Origin: a virus
Lineage: Duplodnaviria; Caudoviricetes
IMG/VR virus record: IMGVR_UViG_3300025715_000009
Span: 192,001 to 256,000 of that record
Strand: one strand, 5' to 3'
DNA length: 64,000 nucleotides
Each line of letters starts with the position of its first letter. Position 1 is the stretch's first letter. Of this stretch, positions 1 through 10,800 are shown piece by piece. Below the pieces are notes generated by a model. It saw nothing but the letters and a program-made list of their open reading frames with translations. It had not been told where the DNA came from and did no database searches. The position numbers and the translations under genes were made by a program.

Positions 1-800
1 TGAGCATTTGATTGTGTAGTATAAATTGATAATTTTAAATTATTATAATCATTAGTAGATGACCATAAAGTATTAGTTCTAATATTCTTTATTTCAACTC
101 TTTTCCAATCAGAAGTTGGAGAAAGTGTAATTAAAGATACTGATGAATTGACTTCCCATCTTAATCCAGATGGACTATTATTCCAATAAACTGGTTGAGA
201 TGAATCATGTTTTCCTATTATTAAAAAATTTAAATCTTTATCTGATTTATAATAAAATGATATAGATACATTTGGATTATCATCATCATCTGGAACTGGT
301 GGAAAATTGATGGCCTGCTCTATTTTTGCTTGTGATATTGCAGAAGATGTAGACAATAGAACACAATTTCCATATAAACCATCAGTTGATATAGATACAT
401 TTCCACCACCAGAATTTGTAGGGGTCCAATTATTTAAACCATCAGAAAAATCTCCATTTAATATTTCATTTATAGTTGATGTTTCTAATGCTATAGATTT
501 TCCAATAGAAAGAGGGGTTTCTTTTCTATAATTAATATTAATGGCTGTGTTTGCAGAATATTTACTATTATGAGAGACGAGAGAGTCATTAAATCCAAAA
601 TAAGCAACTGTTGGTTGTTTTGTTGTTACAAACCTTGAATTTGCTTTTATTTTTAATTTATTATCTGCATTTTCAATAAAATCATTATTATCAAAATAAA
701 TAATATTATCACTATTATAATCTTGGATAATTTTTGAAAGATTTGATGCAGTTATTGGAGTATCAGGATTGTTTTCCCATACTAGTTTAAATTTAGCCAT
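1..800 (-). CDS. Tail fibre/baseplate-associated protein with carbohydrate-binding-like domain (runs off window edge; absent from ORF track)
   Basis: Manual translation from ATG at 800 (RBS GGGGAG): MAKFKLVWENNPDTPITASNLSK...NEILNGDFSDGLNNW...VSISFYYKSD...WKRVEI; N-terminal motif shared with ORFs 1107-3158 and 5167-6789. Confidence 0.85.
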   Translation of the reverse strand, partial: MAKFKLVWENNPDTPITASNLSKIIQDYNSDNIIYFDNNDFIENADNKLKIKANSRFVTTKQPTVAYFGFNDSLVSHNSKYSANTAININYRKETPLSIGKSIALETSTINEILNGDFSDGLNNWTPTNSGGGNVSISTDGLYGNCVLLSTSSAISQAKIEQAINFPPVPDDDDNPNVSISFYYKSDKDLNFLIIGKHDSSQPVYWNNSPSGLRWEVNSSVSLITLSPTSDWKRVEIKNIRTNTLWSSTNDYNNLKLSIYTTQSNA

Positions 801-812
801 TTATCTCCCCTC

Positions 813-1097
813 TTATACTATTTCTAAAGTTCCTGTTTCTATGTTTTTTTCTATCATATATTCTAGAACTAATTTATAAATATTATCAATTACTGATAAA
901 TTAATATTTGGTTTTGATAATAGAATTTCATTAAATTTAGATTCATTGGAATTAATAGTAAATGTTTTTTCAAATAAAGTCAAAGAATCATTTTTAACTT
1001 CATAAGTTACAGCAATAGAATTATCATACAAAAATAAATTTTTGATAAAAACTTTATTATAATTTCTATATGGCAATGAAAGTTGTATATAAATCAT
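813..1097 (-). CDS. Hypothetical protein, possibly fibre assembly factor
   Basis: 94 aa, AAGGAG RBS, lies between two fibre genes. Confidence 0.65.
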   Translation of the reverse strand: MIYIQLSLPYRNYNKVFIKNLFLYDNSIAVTYEVKNDSLTLFEKTFTINSNESKFNEILLSKPNINLSVIDNIYKLVLEYMIEKNIETGTLEIV

Positions 1098-1106
1098 AAT
1101 TTCTCC

Positions 1107-3158
1107 TTATAGTTTTATGCATATTAAAAATTCTTTATATGGAGCAAAACTAGATGTAGTTCCACTATCTAAACTTGTAGGTTCACTTGTTTGCCCACTA
1201 AATGAAGTATGTCCATGTTGACCTCTTTGAGAAGCAATGCTTCCTGTATGTATATGACTAGATAAGGTAACATTTAGTGGTGTTCCTGCACCATTATATT
1301 GAATGGCTTGTCCAAGTTGTGTTGTATTAGTTGTTTGATTTGTAGAAAAAGAATCTAATTCATGTCCATGATTACTTTCTGGAGAAGCAGTTATTCTTAA
1401 ATCCCAACCAGATCCACTAGATGCATGCTTATGTGAAATAGAATGTGAGTGTTGTGTATTACCACCAATAGAACCACAACTTTCAGATGAACCACTAACT
1501 ATTGCAACAAAATTTGTATTCCCAGAAATTGCTTGCCATTTAAATGGTGGTTGTGCTACACTTTTTTCTACAGTCATATTACTTATAACAGAAAAACTTG
1601 ATTCATCAAACATTTTTATTTGTCTATTATACATATTTGGAGTTTGTACCCACCAATTGTTTTGCCATTCTATTCCAGATGGTGCTGGCATATTATCATA
1701 AACATTTGGAGAATTTCCTGTTATATCATGCCACTTACCATCACACAAAAATAAACCATCAGGACATACTGTTCCGTGAATTATATGGATACTGTTTTTT
1801 GGAACATTTGTATCAAAAGTATTTACAACAGACATTTTTTCAACATACATCTGCCCATCTGCTCTTACTCTAAATTTACCAATACATCTTGAGTTATCAA
1901 TTATTGAATACCATCCTCTTCTTGCTTGATCATTTATAAATTTTGGTGCTCCATATAAATCACTTTCTCTAAATATAATTTCTCCATTAGAATTAATATA
2001 CACCCTCCATAATCCAGGATATATTGTTGTAGAAGGAGAATCAGAATAAGGATTTCCAGGTGCACTTCCTAATTGTATTTGATCTACCAATGTAGGACAA
2101 TTATTAATTTTCATTTTATTAGATTTATCGCCCAAATATATTGGTGAAGAAATAGTTATTCTCTTGCCATCTACGTTAATATAACCAGGAGTTATTCTTA
2201 ATGGGAGGAGGAGAGAATTATTATTTAAATCTATAGGTTGGATTGCTCCATTTACTTTTGTAAAAATTGAGTATTCTAATTCTACACCGCTTCTTTCATC
2301 TGTGTAATACATGTCTTCATATAGTTGATTAACGCTAACTTTAACATCTGCTAATGCACCTTCTACATCTGTAGAAACAAAATTGCCTGCTTCATCTTTT
2401 ATAGAAATGTCAGATGCTACAAAATCTCTAACTCCTGTGTTGTCTAAAATTTTATATTTTTGTGTTATTATCTCTTTATTGTATGTTGTTAAATCCCATA
2501 GAGAATCTGGGTCTATACTTCTATCTATTGTTGTTCTAAATCCACCTATTTTTCTTATTGCAATAACTTTTGAACCAGTTGGTGAACTAAGATCTGCTAT
2601 GCCTTGTTTCCATGAAGAAGTATTATTTTCGTCATCATATTCTGAAACTATTTTAATTTGGCAATAATCACCTAATCCAATTGTATTATATAAATAAAGA
2701 TTATATCGCATGCTAGGAGAAAAATCTTGTTCTAATAAAAGTGATTCAATAGAAACAAGAGCACTCGTAGTTCCTATATCATAATTAAGATATTTTATTT
2801 GACCAGATGTATTAACATAAGACATTCCAATCTTTGTGTTTGCTTTTATTTTTAATAGTTTATTAAATGGAGTAGAAAATCCACTTGATATAAATGAAGG
2901 ACCAATTTGAGTGTTTACTCCTTTAATAAAACTATTAGAACTAGAAATATATAATATTTTATCTACGTATATTGAGGATGGAGCAGGTTGCGTTGTAAAA
3001 TTATAATCAGCCCAAGAGGAATAATCTGATATTGAATTTGTATATTCAATAAATTTAGATTCTGCTATTACATCTATTGATTTAGATAAATTTGTTGCTA
3101 CTAGTGAAGTATCTGGATTATCTTCCCAAATTACTTTAGCATTTATTTTACCAGGCAT
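1107..3158 (-). CDS. Short-tail-fibre-like protein (tail collar domain plus HxH metal-binding tip)
   Basis: Collar-like VPKNSIHIIHGTVCPDGLFLCDG...TPNM; repeated HSH/HKH/HGH/HIH motifs; terminal PYKEFLICIKL, as in T4 gp12-type fibres. Confidence 0.8.
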   Translation of the reverse strand: MPGKINAKVIWEDNPDTSLVATNLSKSIDVIAESKFIEYTNSISDYSSWADYNFTTQPAPSSIYVDKILYISSSNSFIKGVNTQIGPSFISSGFSTPFNKLLKIKANTKIGMSYVNTSGQIKYLNYDIGTTSALVSIESLLLEQDFSPSMRYNLYLYNTIGLGDYCQIKIVSEYDDENNTSSWKQGIADLSSPTGSKVIAIRKIGGFRTTIDRSIDPDSLWDLTTYNKEIITQKYKILDNTGVRDFVASDISIKDEAGNFVSTDVEGALADVKVSVNQLYEDMYYTDERSGVELEYSIFTKVNGAIQPIDLNNNSLLLPLRITPGYINVDGKRITISSPIYLGDKSNKMKINNCPTLVDQIQLGSAPGNPYSDSPSTTIYPGLWRVYINSNGEIIFRESDLYGAPKFINDQARRGWYSIIDNSRCIGKFRVRADGQMYVEKMSVVNTFDTNVPKNSIHIIHGTVCPDGLFLCDGKWHDITGNSPNVYDNMPAPSGIEWQNNWWVQTPNMYNRQIKMFDESSFSVISNMTVEKSVAQPPFKWQAISGNTNFVAIVSGSSESCGSIGGNTQHSHSISHKHASSGSGWDLRITASPESNHGHELDSFSTNQTTNTTQLGQAIQYNGAGTPLNVTLSSHIHTGSIASQRGQHGHTSFSGQTSEPTSLDSGTTSSFAPYKEFLICIKL

Positions 3159-3159
3159 T

Positions 3160-3573
3160 TTAATTCCCCTTTACAAGTAATTCTGTCAATAAAATTGGAG
3201 TCCAATAATCTCCACAACCACCTTCAAGTAATGGTCCTTTTGTTAAAATAACAAATTTGGCGCACTTTTTTTCTATACATTCTTTATCCAAATAAGGACA
3301 TGTTTTAGAATCATAAATATATCCTTTTGATAAAATTGATTGTATACCATCTTTACCCATAATATAAACATCATTATTATTTTGTTTTCCAATTAATAAT
3401 GCTGGAAATGATTTTACGCTCTTATCAAATTTTATATATCCATTCTCTGTTTTTTCATGCCATTCGTTTTCTAAACTTACTAATTCTATTGTTTCTACTT
3501 CAATTGAATTACTTACTGCCCAATCTTTCATTTCTTGGCATGATTCATCATTTAGTAAAGTATACAGTTTCAT
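3160..3573 (-). CDS. Glutaredoxin-like domain fused to a Cys4 domain
   Basis: MKLYT..DESC..MK and SFPALLIG resemble the Grx fold with CxxC degenerate to DxxC; C-terminal CPYLDKECIEKKC...GGC. Confidence 0.5.
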   Translation of the reverse strand: MKLYTLLNDESCQEMKDWAVSNSIEVETIELVSLENEWHEKTENGYIKFDKSVKSFPALLIGKQNNNDVYIMGKDGIQSILSKGYIYDSKTCPYLDKECIEKKCAKFVILTKGPLLEGGCGDYWTPILLTELLVKGN

Positions 3574-3590
3574 TTTTATCTCCTTTATAA

Positions 3591-3597
3591 TTATCTT
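3591..3597 (-). promoter_or_regulatory. AAGATAA putative phage promoter motif
   Basis: Recurrent intergenic motif; upstream of the RBS of 3160-3573. Confidence 0.5.
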
Positions 3598-3603
3598 TGT
3601 CTA

Positions 3604-4140
3604 TTATATATCTTTTGTATCGCCAAAAGTTTTTTTCATTTTAACTTGTTCATAAATTTCTTGTGTTGACTTATTAGAACAATCTACCTCTATATTAACT
3701 GCTGCTTCAATAATTCCTCTAGGTGAAGCAAGTTTTAACATATTTAATACTTCATCTTTTGATTGTTGAAAAAACAATTCACCTAATTGTAATACTATAT
3801 CTAAATCTGGAAACTCTTCTATCCAAGATTGATTAATGTATTTTTGTATATCATAAAATTCTTGATTTAATTTATTGAACTTATCATATTTAATTTTTAT
3901 CTCTTCATTGTTGTTTAAAAAATCTTGTATTGTTTCTTCTGTTTGTCCAGTTAATAACTTATTTAATTCTTTTTCTTGATTTTCTAATTCTACATTTAAA
4001 TAATCAAGAAAAAATTTAACTTTATTTTTATATAATTTTTCTCCTTCTCTATCTTGTTCAGAAAGATAAAATTTAAAATTAACTAACTGGTTAGAGTTTT
4101 CTATTTTTATATAATTATTACTATCATTTAATAATGCCAT
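3604..4140 (-). CDS. Putative tail fibre assembly/chaperone-like protein
   Basis: Follows the Gly-rich adhesin; C-terminal IYEQVKMKKTFGDTKDI resembles small fibre-adjacent phage proteins. Confidence 0.5.
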   Translation of the reverse strand: MALLNDSNNYIKIENSNQLVNFKFYLSEQDREGEKLYKNKVKFFLDYLNVELENQEKELNKLLTGQTEETIQDFLNNNEEIKIKYDKFNKLNQEFYDIQKYINQSWIEEFPDLDIVLQLGELFFQQSKDEVLNMLKLASPRGIIEAAVNIEVDCSNKSTQEIYEQVKMKKTFGDTKDI

Positions 4141-4148
4141 ATTTCCTC

Positions 4149-5180
4149 TTAATAATAAATTCTTACTTCACCTCTAGCACCAGTTCCACCATCATTATGC
4201 CCTGCTATTTGACCGCCGGCGCCGCCGCCACCACCACCTGGAGCAGTACCTGCTCCTCCTCTACCTTCATTATTTCCATTTCCTCCACGAGCTTCGGAGC
4301 CGCCTCCTCCACCACCACCACCATAATCTCCACCACCATAACCTCCACCAGATCCTGCTGATATTGAAGTATTATAATTTTCCGGTTTAATTAATTCAGA
4401 TATTGCAGCAGAAGAACCGCCAGAGCTTCCAGCACGGCCGCCACTTCCACCAGTTTGTGAAATAAGTATTCCAATATTAGAATTATTAGGAGATGTTATA
4501 CTGCAAACACCTCCAGGGCCGCCTGTTCCATCATGACCACCCCATCCAGCACCACCCCCAGATCCTCCACCAGCTATCATTGTTATGTTTTCATATGATA
4601 TTGATGAATTACCACCAGTTGAACCAACAATAATTTGATTTCCATTAGACCAAGAATTTGTTTCTATTATTTTACAATATCCAATAAGTTTTCCACCTCC
4701 GCCACCACCACCACCATCATGTCTTTGTGCTCCATTAGTATATCCACCTTGTCCACCACCTCCAATAATATGAACTAGTATTATTTTAGGAGCAAAGGTT
4801 TTTCCACTTGTTCCCAAGATATTAAAAGAATAAAGTAAAGATCCTGAACTAGTATATATTTTAACATAAGGAGGTATTATTGGATTAGCAGAAGGATTTC
4901 CTTCATCTCTAGTAATATAATAAGTTCCAGGTGTAGAAAAAGTATATCTTAATGTTGGTCTGGGTCTTTTACCAATGGTAGCACATGATATATCTATATT
5001 ATTAAGTTTATATCCTGTATTTGGTTTTTCATAAAATAAATAATCTAATGTATATGTAGCATATGCATTCATCTCAATATAAGAAGATGGAGTTCCATTA
5101 TTAACAATATATTCAGTGCCTATATTTACAGGTTCGTAAAAATCATCTAAATCTTTAGTATTATATTTATAGATGCTCAT
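4149..5180 (-). CDS. Glycine-rich tail-tip adhesin (gp38-like)
   Basis: Many GGGGG/GGxGG runs ending GARGEVRIYY; directly follows and overlaps a fibre with an intramolecular chaperone. Confidence 0.75.
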   Translation of the reverse strand: MSIYKYNTKDLDDFYEPVNIGTEYIVNNGTPSSYIEMNAYATYTLDYLFYEKPNTGYKLNNIDISCATIGKRPRPTLRYTFSTPGTYYITRDEGNPSANPIIPPYVKIYTSSGSLLYSFNILGTSGKTFAPKIILVHIIGGGGQGGYTNGAQRHDGGGGGGGGKLIGYCKIIETNSWSNGNQIIVGSTGGNSSISYENITMIAGGGSGGGAGWGGHDGTGGPGGVCSITSPNNSNIGILISQTGGSGGRAGSSGGSSAAISELIKPENYNTSISAGSGGGYGGGDYGGGGGGGGSEARGGNGNNEGRGGAGTAPGGGGGGAGGQIAGHNDGGTGARGEVRIYY

Positions 5181-6789
5181 TTTTTAATTCCTGGATCTGT
5201 TGTTGTAATTCTTGAACCGCTTTAATTAAAACACCAATACAATCTGATACACTCATTTTATCTTGAGTTGATGTTGATAATTCAGATGGTGTATCTTCAG
5301 CAATGAATCCAATATGCTCTTGATTTGAATCATCATTAATAAACTTATATTTAACAATTTTTACTTTATTTAATAAATTCAATGCACTATCCTGATAATC
5401 AACAATATCTTTTTTCATTTCTCTACTAGAAGTAGAATTAAAAGATGCAGCTTGCACTTGACCCGTTGCTGTTAGTGTAGATGTATTAATAGTTGTTGCT
5501 GTAATTGTTGGTATATTTACTTGACTGTTATTATTAGTTAATGTCAACAGTGCAGTAGTTGTTGTTCCATTCCAAGATTCAAACACTATTTTATCATTAG
5601 ATGATGTTCCTATTTGATGGTGAATAATAGTATTATCACCACTCACTTCACAATAAATTTTTGCTGAGTCACCAGTTTGTGCTTTTGGATGAAAATATAA
5701 TCCTTGACTATATAAATTTGTTGTATATAAATTAGCATCTATACCTAAACTATTTGTATTGCTTGGCGTTATTAATCCATTTGTAATATTTATCCCATTA
5801 ATTGACAAAGTATTATTAGTTGTTGATATCTTGCCATTATGTTCAACTCTTAATCTTTCAGATTGATCTAATGATCTAACAGAAAAAATAGATCCACCGG
5901 AAATTGGATTACTATCTGGTTTTATTATTATACCAGAATCAGATGGAGCAGGACTAAAAATATGTGCAATATCATCTTTATCTAAAATTTTTAATGTATC
6001 AGTCGAAGTTTGATTTATTACATTTAAATTAGCATTAATAGTAGTATTACCAGCCACAGATAATGTACCACTAATTGTAGATTCTATGCCAGCGGATTCT
6101 AAATCTGCTATTCTTAATCTACGATAAACAGGATTTGGATTAGCATACTCGTCTAAAATCATATATTGTTTTGATTTTATAGTGTGGTATTTGCCAGCAA
6201 TATCCCAAATGGAAGAAGAGATAATAACACCCAATGAATTAACCCTAAACCCACCAATTAATCTAGTATCTTTTTCAGAATAATAATCACCGGTTTCAGG
6301 AATTTGAGTGTTTTGAGGATAAGAACTGCTTTGAGATACTATTATTTGAGCAATATTTTTTCCAGTTTCAGAATTATTTATTCTAGCATCACAAAGAAAT
6401 ATAAACCAATCTTTATTTATACCCCATCCAGAAACTGAAGAGGAGGCATTATCTTTATTATCATAAGTTATCCATAAATCATCTAAACCTGTATCAAATA
6501 TTTTATATTGTCCTCTTGGATAAGTAACTTCATCAACTTGATTTATTATTGAAAAAACACATCCTCTTTTTAAAACTAATTTAATTGGACTTGGTTCACT
6601 TGGATCTGCCATTAAAATAGTTCCTTCACGATGATGAGGATTGTTGGCATCATTATATTTAAAATCTAAATATGATATTACTAAATCAGCACTTTTAGAT
6701 AATGCTGTTGCCGTAATTGGAGTATCTGGATTATTCTCCCAAATTAATTCAGGTATATGATCTGATATTGGTGTTCCTGTCAAAGACAT
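5167..6789 (-). CDS. Tail fibre with C-terminal Peptidase_S74-type intramolecular chaperone
   Basis: TSSREMKKDI...YKF...HIGFIAED...LIKAVQELQQQIQELK; WENNPDTP N-terminal motif. Confidence 0.85.
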   Translation of the reverse strand: MSLTGTPISDHIPELIWENNPDTPITATALSKSADLVISYLDFKYNDANNPHHREGTILMADPSEPSPIKLVLKRGCVFSIINQVDEVTYPRGQYKIFDTGLDDLWITYDNKDNASSSVSGWGINKDWFIFLCDARINNSETGKNIAQIIVSQSSSYPQNTQIPETGDYYSEKDTRLIGGFRVNSLGVIISSSIWDIAGKYHTIKSKQYMILDEYANPNPVYRRLRIADLESAGIESTISGTLSVAGNTTINANLNVINQTSTDTLKILDKDDIAHIFSPAPSDSGIIIKPDSNPISGGSIFSVRSLDQSERLRVEHNGKISTTNNTLSINGINITNGLITPSNTNSLGIDANLYTTNLYSQGLYFHPKAQTGDSAKIYCEVSGDNTIIHHQIGTSSNDKIVFESWNGTTTTALLTLTNNNSQVNIPTITATTINTSTLTATGQVQAASFNSTSSREMKKDIVDYQDSALNLLNKVKIVKYKFINDDSNQEHIGFIAEDTPSELSTSTQDKMSVSDCIGVLIKAVQELQQQIQELKNEHL

Positions 6790-6801
6790 ATTATTCTCCT
6801 A

Positions 6802-7779
6802 TTAAGTCAAGGTTGTACTAACCCAAGATGTTCCATTATAAATATATAATATATTAGTTGATGCATCAAATCTAACTGTTCCTGCAGTTGGTGAATCCGA
6901 TGGTGCACCTGATGTTGATGGAATTAAAATTTCATTAAATTTGGTATCAACTTCACTCTCTGTATAATATCTATCATCATGATTATGATTACCCTCTGCA
7001 AATGTTCCAGATGTTGTTCCAAATGATCCAGTTGTTACTACTCCGTCTGTAGTTGTTTTAAGAGGTAAGTTAGCTGTTGATCCAACTTTACCATCATTAG
7101 TTATATTACCATGTTCATGATCACCTTCAGCAACAGAATCTGATACAGTGCCAAAATCTTTATTAAATGCTGTGTTCTTTGTGAATACTGGTTCATAAAC
7201 ACCACTGTGGTCATGTGTTGTATCAGATTTAGATAATAACAAAGTATCAACTTGTAATTGAGTATATTTATCTAAATCAGTTATATCCGTCTCTGTATGA
7301 GTGTGTCCTGTAGGTGAATAAGACAAATCATGATTATGTGATCCTATTGCTAATTGTGTGGCTGCAGTACCAATATCTCCATTTGTTTGCAATGTTTCAA
7401 AAGTAACTGCTGCAGAAGTTATATAATTTTCTGAGTGTGATGTATTTGAGTGAGTTGTTGGATTATATAATGATGGTTTATTTATAACATTAGAAAAATC
7501 AACTTGTTTTTTACCACTACTCTCCCCTTCGAAAAATGCATCAACTTCTTCTTCTGTATAATATACATCATTGTGATCATGCACTCCAACTCCACCTGGT
7601 GTAAGTTCTAACCATGCTGAAGATCCACCAAACCATAACTTGCTTGTATCTTCAGCATGTATTACTACACCTATATAATCACTTGACCAAATTGGAAGTG
7701 TTGCTTCATGCTCAACTCCATGTGGTTTTCCATTAATCTTTATTGGCTTTTGAAAATCTATTGTTCCCTGCCATTTCAT
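6802..7779 (-). CDS. Tail fibre-like protein with His-rich phage tail repeats
   Basis: Repeats HDHNDVYYTEEEVD, HTHTETDI, HNHDDRYYTESEVD. Confidence 0.75.
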   Translation of the reverse strand: MKWQGTIDFQKPIKINGKPHGVEHEATLPIWSSDYIGVVIHAEDTSKLWFGGSSAWLELTPGGVGVHDHNDVYYTEEEVDAFFEGESSGKKQVDFSNVINKPSLYNPTTHSNTSHSENYITSAAVTFETLQTNGDIGTAATQLAIGSHNHDLSYSPTGHTHTETDITDLDKYTQLQVDTLLLSKSDTTHDHSGVYEPVFTKNTAFNKDFGTVSDSVAEGDHEHGNITNDGKVGSTANLPLKTTTDGVVTTGSFGTTSGTFAEGNHNHDDRYYTESEVDTKFNEILIPSTSGAPSDSPTAGTVRFDASTNILYIYNGTSWVSTTLT

Positions 7780-7831
7780 ACTCTATCCTCCTATATTATT
7801 TCTAAAATATTGAGCTTTGCTCATTATAGGT

Positions 7832-10800
7832 TTATTTAACTATAATCATTCTAATTATATCATTCTGTGATCTTGCTAATGTCAATACTCCATTCTCAAG
7901 TTGAACCATGTCAATACCAACTGTCTTACCAGTAGATGGATCAAAGAATGTGAATACAGCATCATATGAAGCATCAACTTGTATCAATGATATATAAGCA
8001 TTTTTTGTAGGATCCCAAGTCCATTTTTGAATATCTTTTGTTATACTATTATTTGCCTTCTTCACAATAAAGACATTCATTGTCGTAGCATTATCTGCTG
8101 TCTTTACTCTTATTGTATTGAGATCAATAAATTCTATTGATTCGGCTCCTGTAAGCCAACCAAGACCTAATGTTGTATCAATATCAAATGTTGATACCAT
8201 GAGTTTATTAGTATTAAAATTATGAACTATATCAGCATAATATCCACCTTGACCATCTGGCGTCCATTGACTTACTACTTTAGAATATTTATCAATTACT
8301 CCAAACACTGTAATATCTAAATTAAGAGAATTGTCAGCAACATAAATACGAACATTGTTTGCATCTAATCTTTCTATTTCTTCAACACCTATTACTATTC
8401 CATTTTCTGTAATAAGACAAACGACATCTGTTGTTCCTAATCCATGATTTACATCAGCATAATAATATCCATTATATTGCCCAGATCCAACTTGCCAAGC
8501 TGTATTTAATATTTCACCTTGTGATGATGTTTTGTCTTTTTGATTGAGATAAACATAATCAATTGCTGCTTGTACTGTTGTTGCTGGAATAGTAGAAGTT
8601 GTATTATTATATGATATGTCAGAAGCTTGGCCCCAATCAATATCGGCAATTTTAACCCATGCTGTTCCACTCCATACATATTGTGCTTGTCTTCCATCAC
8701 CATCATCTAATACTGTTCGAGCATTTCCAACTGTATTTCCTGATGTTGGAAGATCAGCATAAGTATTAACTGGTGATTGCCAAGATAATGCCCCTGCTAA
8801 TGCTGCTATCTTATCATCAACTTCTGCTAATGCACCTTCGACTGTTGTTGCAGTATATTTACCTGCAACATCTTGTATACTAATTAATGAAGCACCTTTA
8901 CCTACTGTTGTACTTGCTAAATCTTGTCTAATAGATAAATCACCATTTACACGATTATTAATCTCAGTTGATAGTCCAGTGCTTAATGCCCCAACAGATT
9001 GATTAAGATTAAATATGTCGTTTGAATTAACTGCAATTGCAACATTAGCAGATGATATATTTTGTGTATTTGTAGTAATTCTACTTTCATGATTCATCAA
9101 GTTTGGTTTTGTTGCTAAAGCATTCCAAGTAGAACCGTCAATACCGTCTTTCATTAATCCTAATGTATTGTTTATATTAGATATACTTGATGAATTAGAA
9201 GATGTGTTTGTTTGTAATGTTGATATGTCTGATATCATACCTTGAATTGCATTATAATTCCCAGCAACAGTCATAGAAGCATTTCTTCCTGGTCCGGCTA
9301 ATTCTTGTAGCACATCTTCAACTGTTGTTTCTATAAATAATCCATTGCCTTCTACTCCAATTAGTGATGCTCCACGATTAAGATCTTGACTCAACAAATC
9401 AGTTCTTAATGCATTTACAGTTGCTTGTCTATCATTTACTTCTTGTGTAATTCTTGATGATAGTGTAACATTATTCATTGTAGAAGCAATAAAACTAGAT
9501 CCAATAGCAGTTGCGGATGATAATGTTGCTCCTAATGAAGAAATTAAATCTAAATAAGAAATTCCAGATTGTATATTAATTGCATGACCAAGTGTATAAT
9601 CTGTTTTATCAAATATTCTAATATTATATAATGTGTTAACTCCATCGATATAAGATATTGCTTCAATACGATATGATAAAGATAGTGGAAGGCCAGATGT
9701 AGTATGTATTGCATTTGGCAAATAATTTATAATCAAATCTTCCCAAGTTATTATTGATGATGTAGTAAAATAATACTCTCCACCATTGATAATAAGAGAA
9801 TAATCACCATTAGATGAAAGAGCAGTATCATCAGCATCTACAAATCCAGTTAAAATATCTTGATAAGATTCTGCTACAGATGTTTGATTGTCTTTTATTG
9901 ATTCAACTTCTATATCAAGAGCAGTTAAATTTGTTTTAATATTATAAATATTATAACCACTTGACTGAGCCAAACTTCTAGTCCATAATCCAGAATTCCC
10001 ATCTTGCATATAATCAAGATCTTCTAATGAAGTAGAAGTTGATGATCCAATTGCAGTAATATCATCTTTTAAAGATTTCAAACTTTCAGTTGTTCTACCA
10101 GCACCTGCAATTTCTTGTAATATGTCTTCTACCGTAGTAGCAGAGTATCTAGCACCAACATCATAGACACCAATTAGTGCCGCACCTTTATTTATATCCG
10201 TAGATGCATACAAATCTTTTATTTGTTGATCTGCAATAACTCTAGCATTTATTTCATTATTCAAACCATCAGATAAAGTATCAATATTGCCATCAAGTGT
10301 ATTAACTGCATTATTAGTATTAATAAGATTATTTTGAATTGAAGTTGTTTTAATATCTAAATTTAATGCAGTTGCCTCAAGAGTTGTTATTCTATTTTCG
10401 TGATTACCAACACCAGATGGTAAAGATGAAGAATCTTGATTAAATGGCCAAGCATACCCAGTGAAATTCTTTAATTTACTAATTGCATTATCATTATTGA
10501 TTTCATTCTCTTCATATTCTGCCACTCTACTTTGTAATGAGTTGACAGTATTCACAATATCATTTGTTATATCAACATATTCATAAGTATCTTGTTTTAT
10601 GCCAAGAATTTCATTTTTCATTTCTTCTATATTAGAAGAAATAAATGATTCATTATAAAATTCATAAGTAGTATTCCAATTTAATACTTCTGAATCTGTT
10701 GTTGTATAGTCGTGAATTATTACATCTTTTACAACAATATCAGCGGCTTTTTCTGTACTTGTGTCGTATCCAATATACATATCAGCCCATATGTTGTTTG

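Noticed and set aside
7811-7823. Small hairpin tgagc-ttt-gctca after the giant gene
   Set aside because: Only a 5-bp stem with no adjacent U-tract; too weak to call a terminator.
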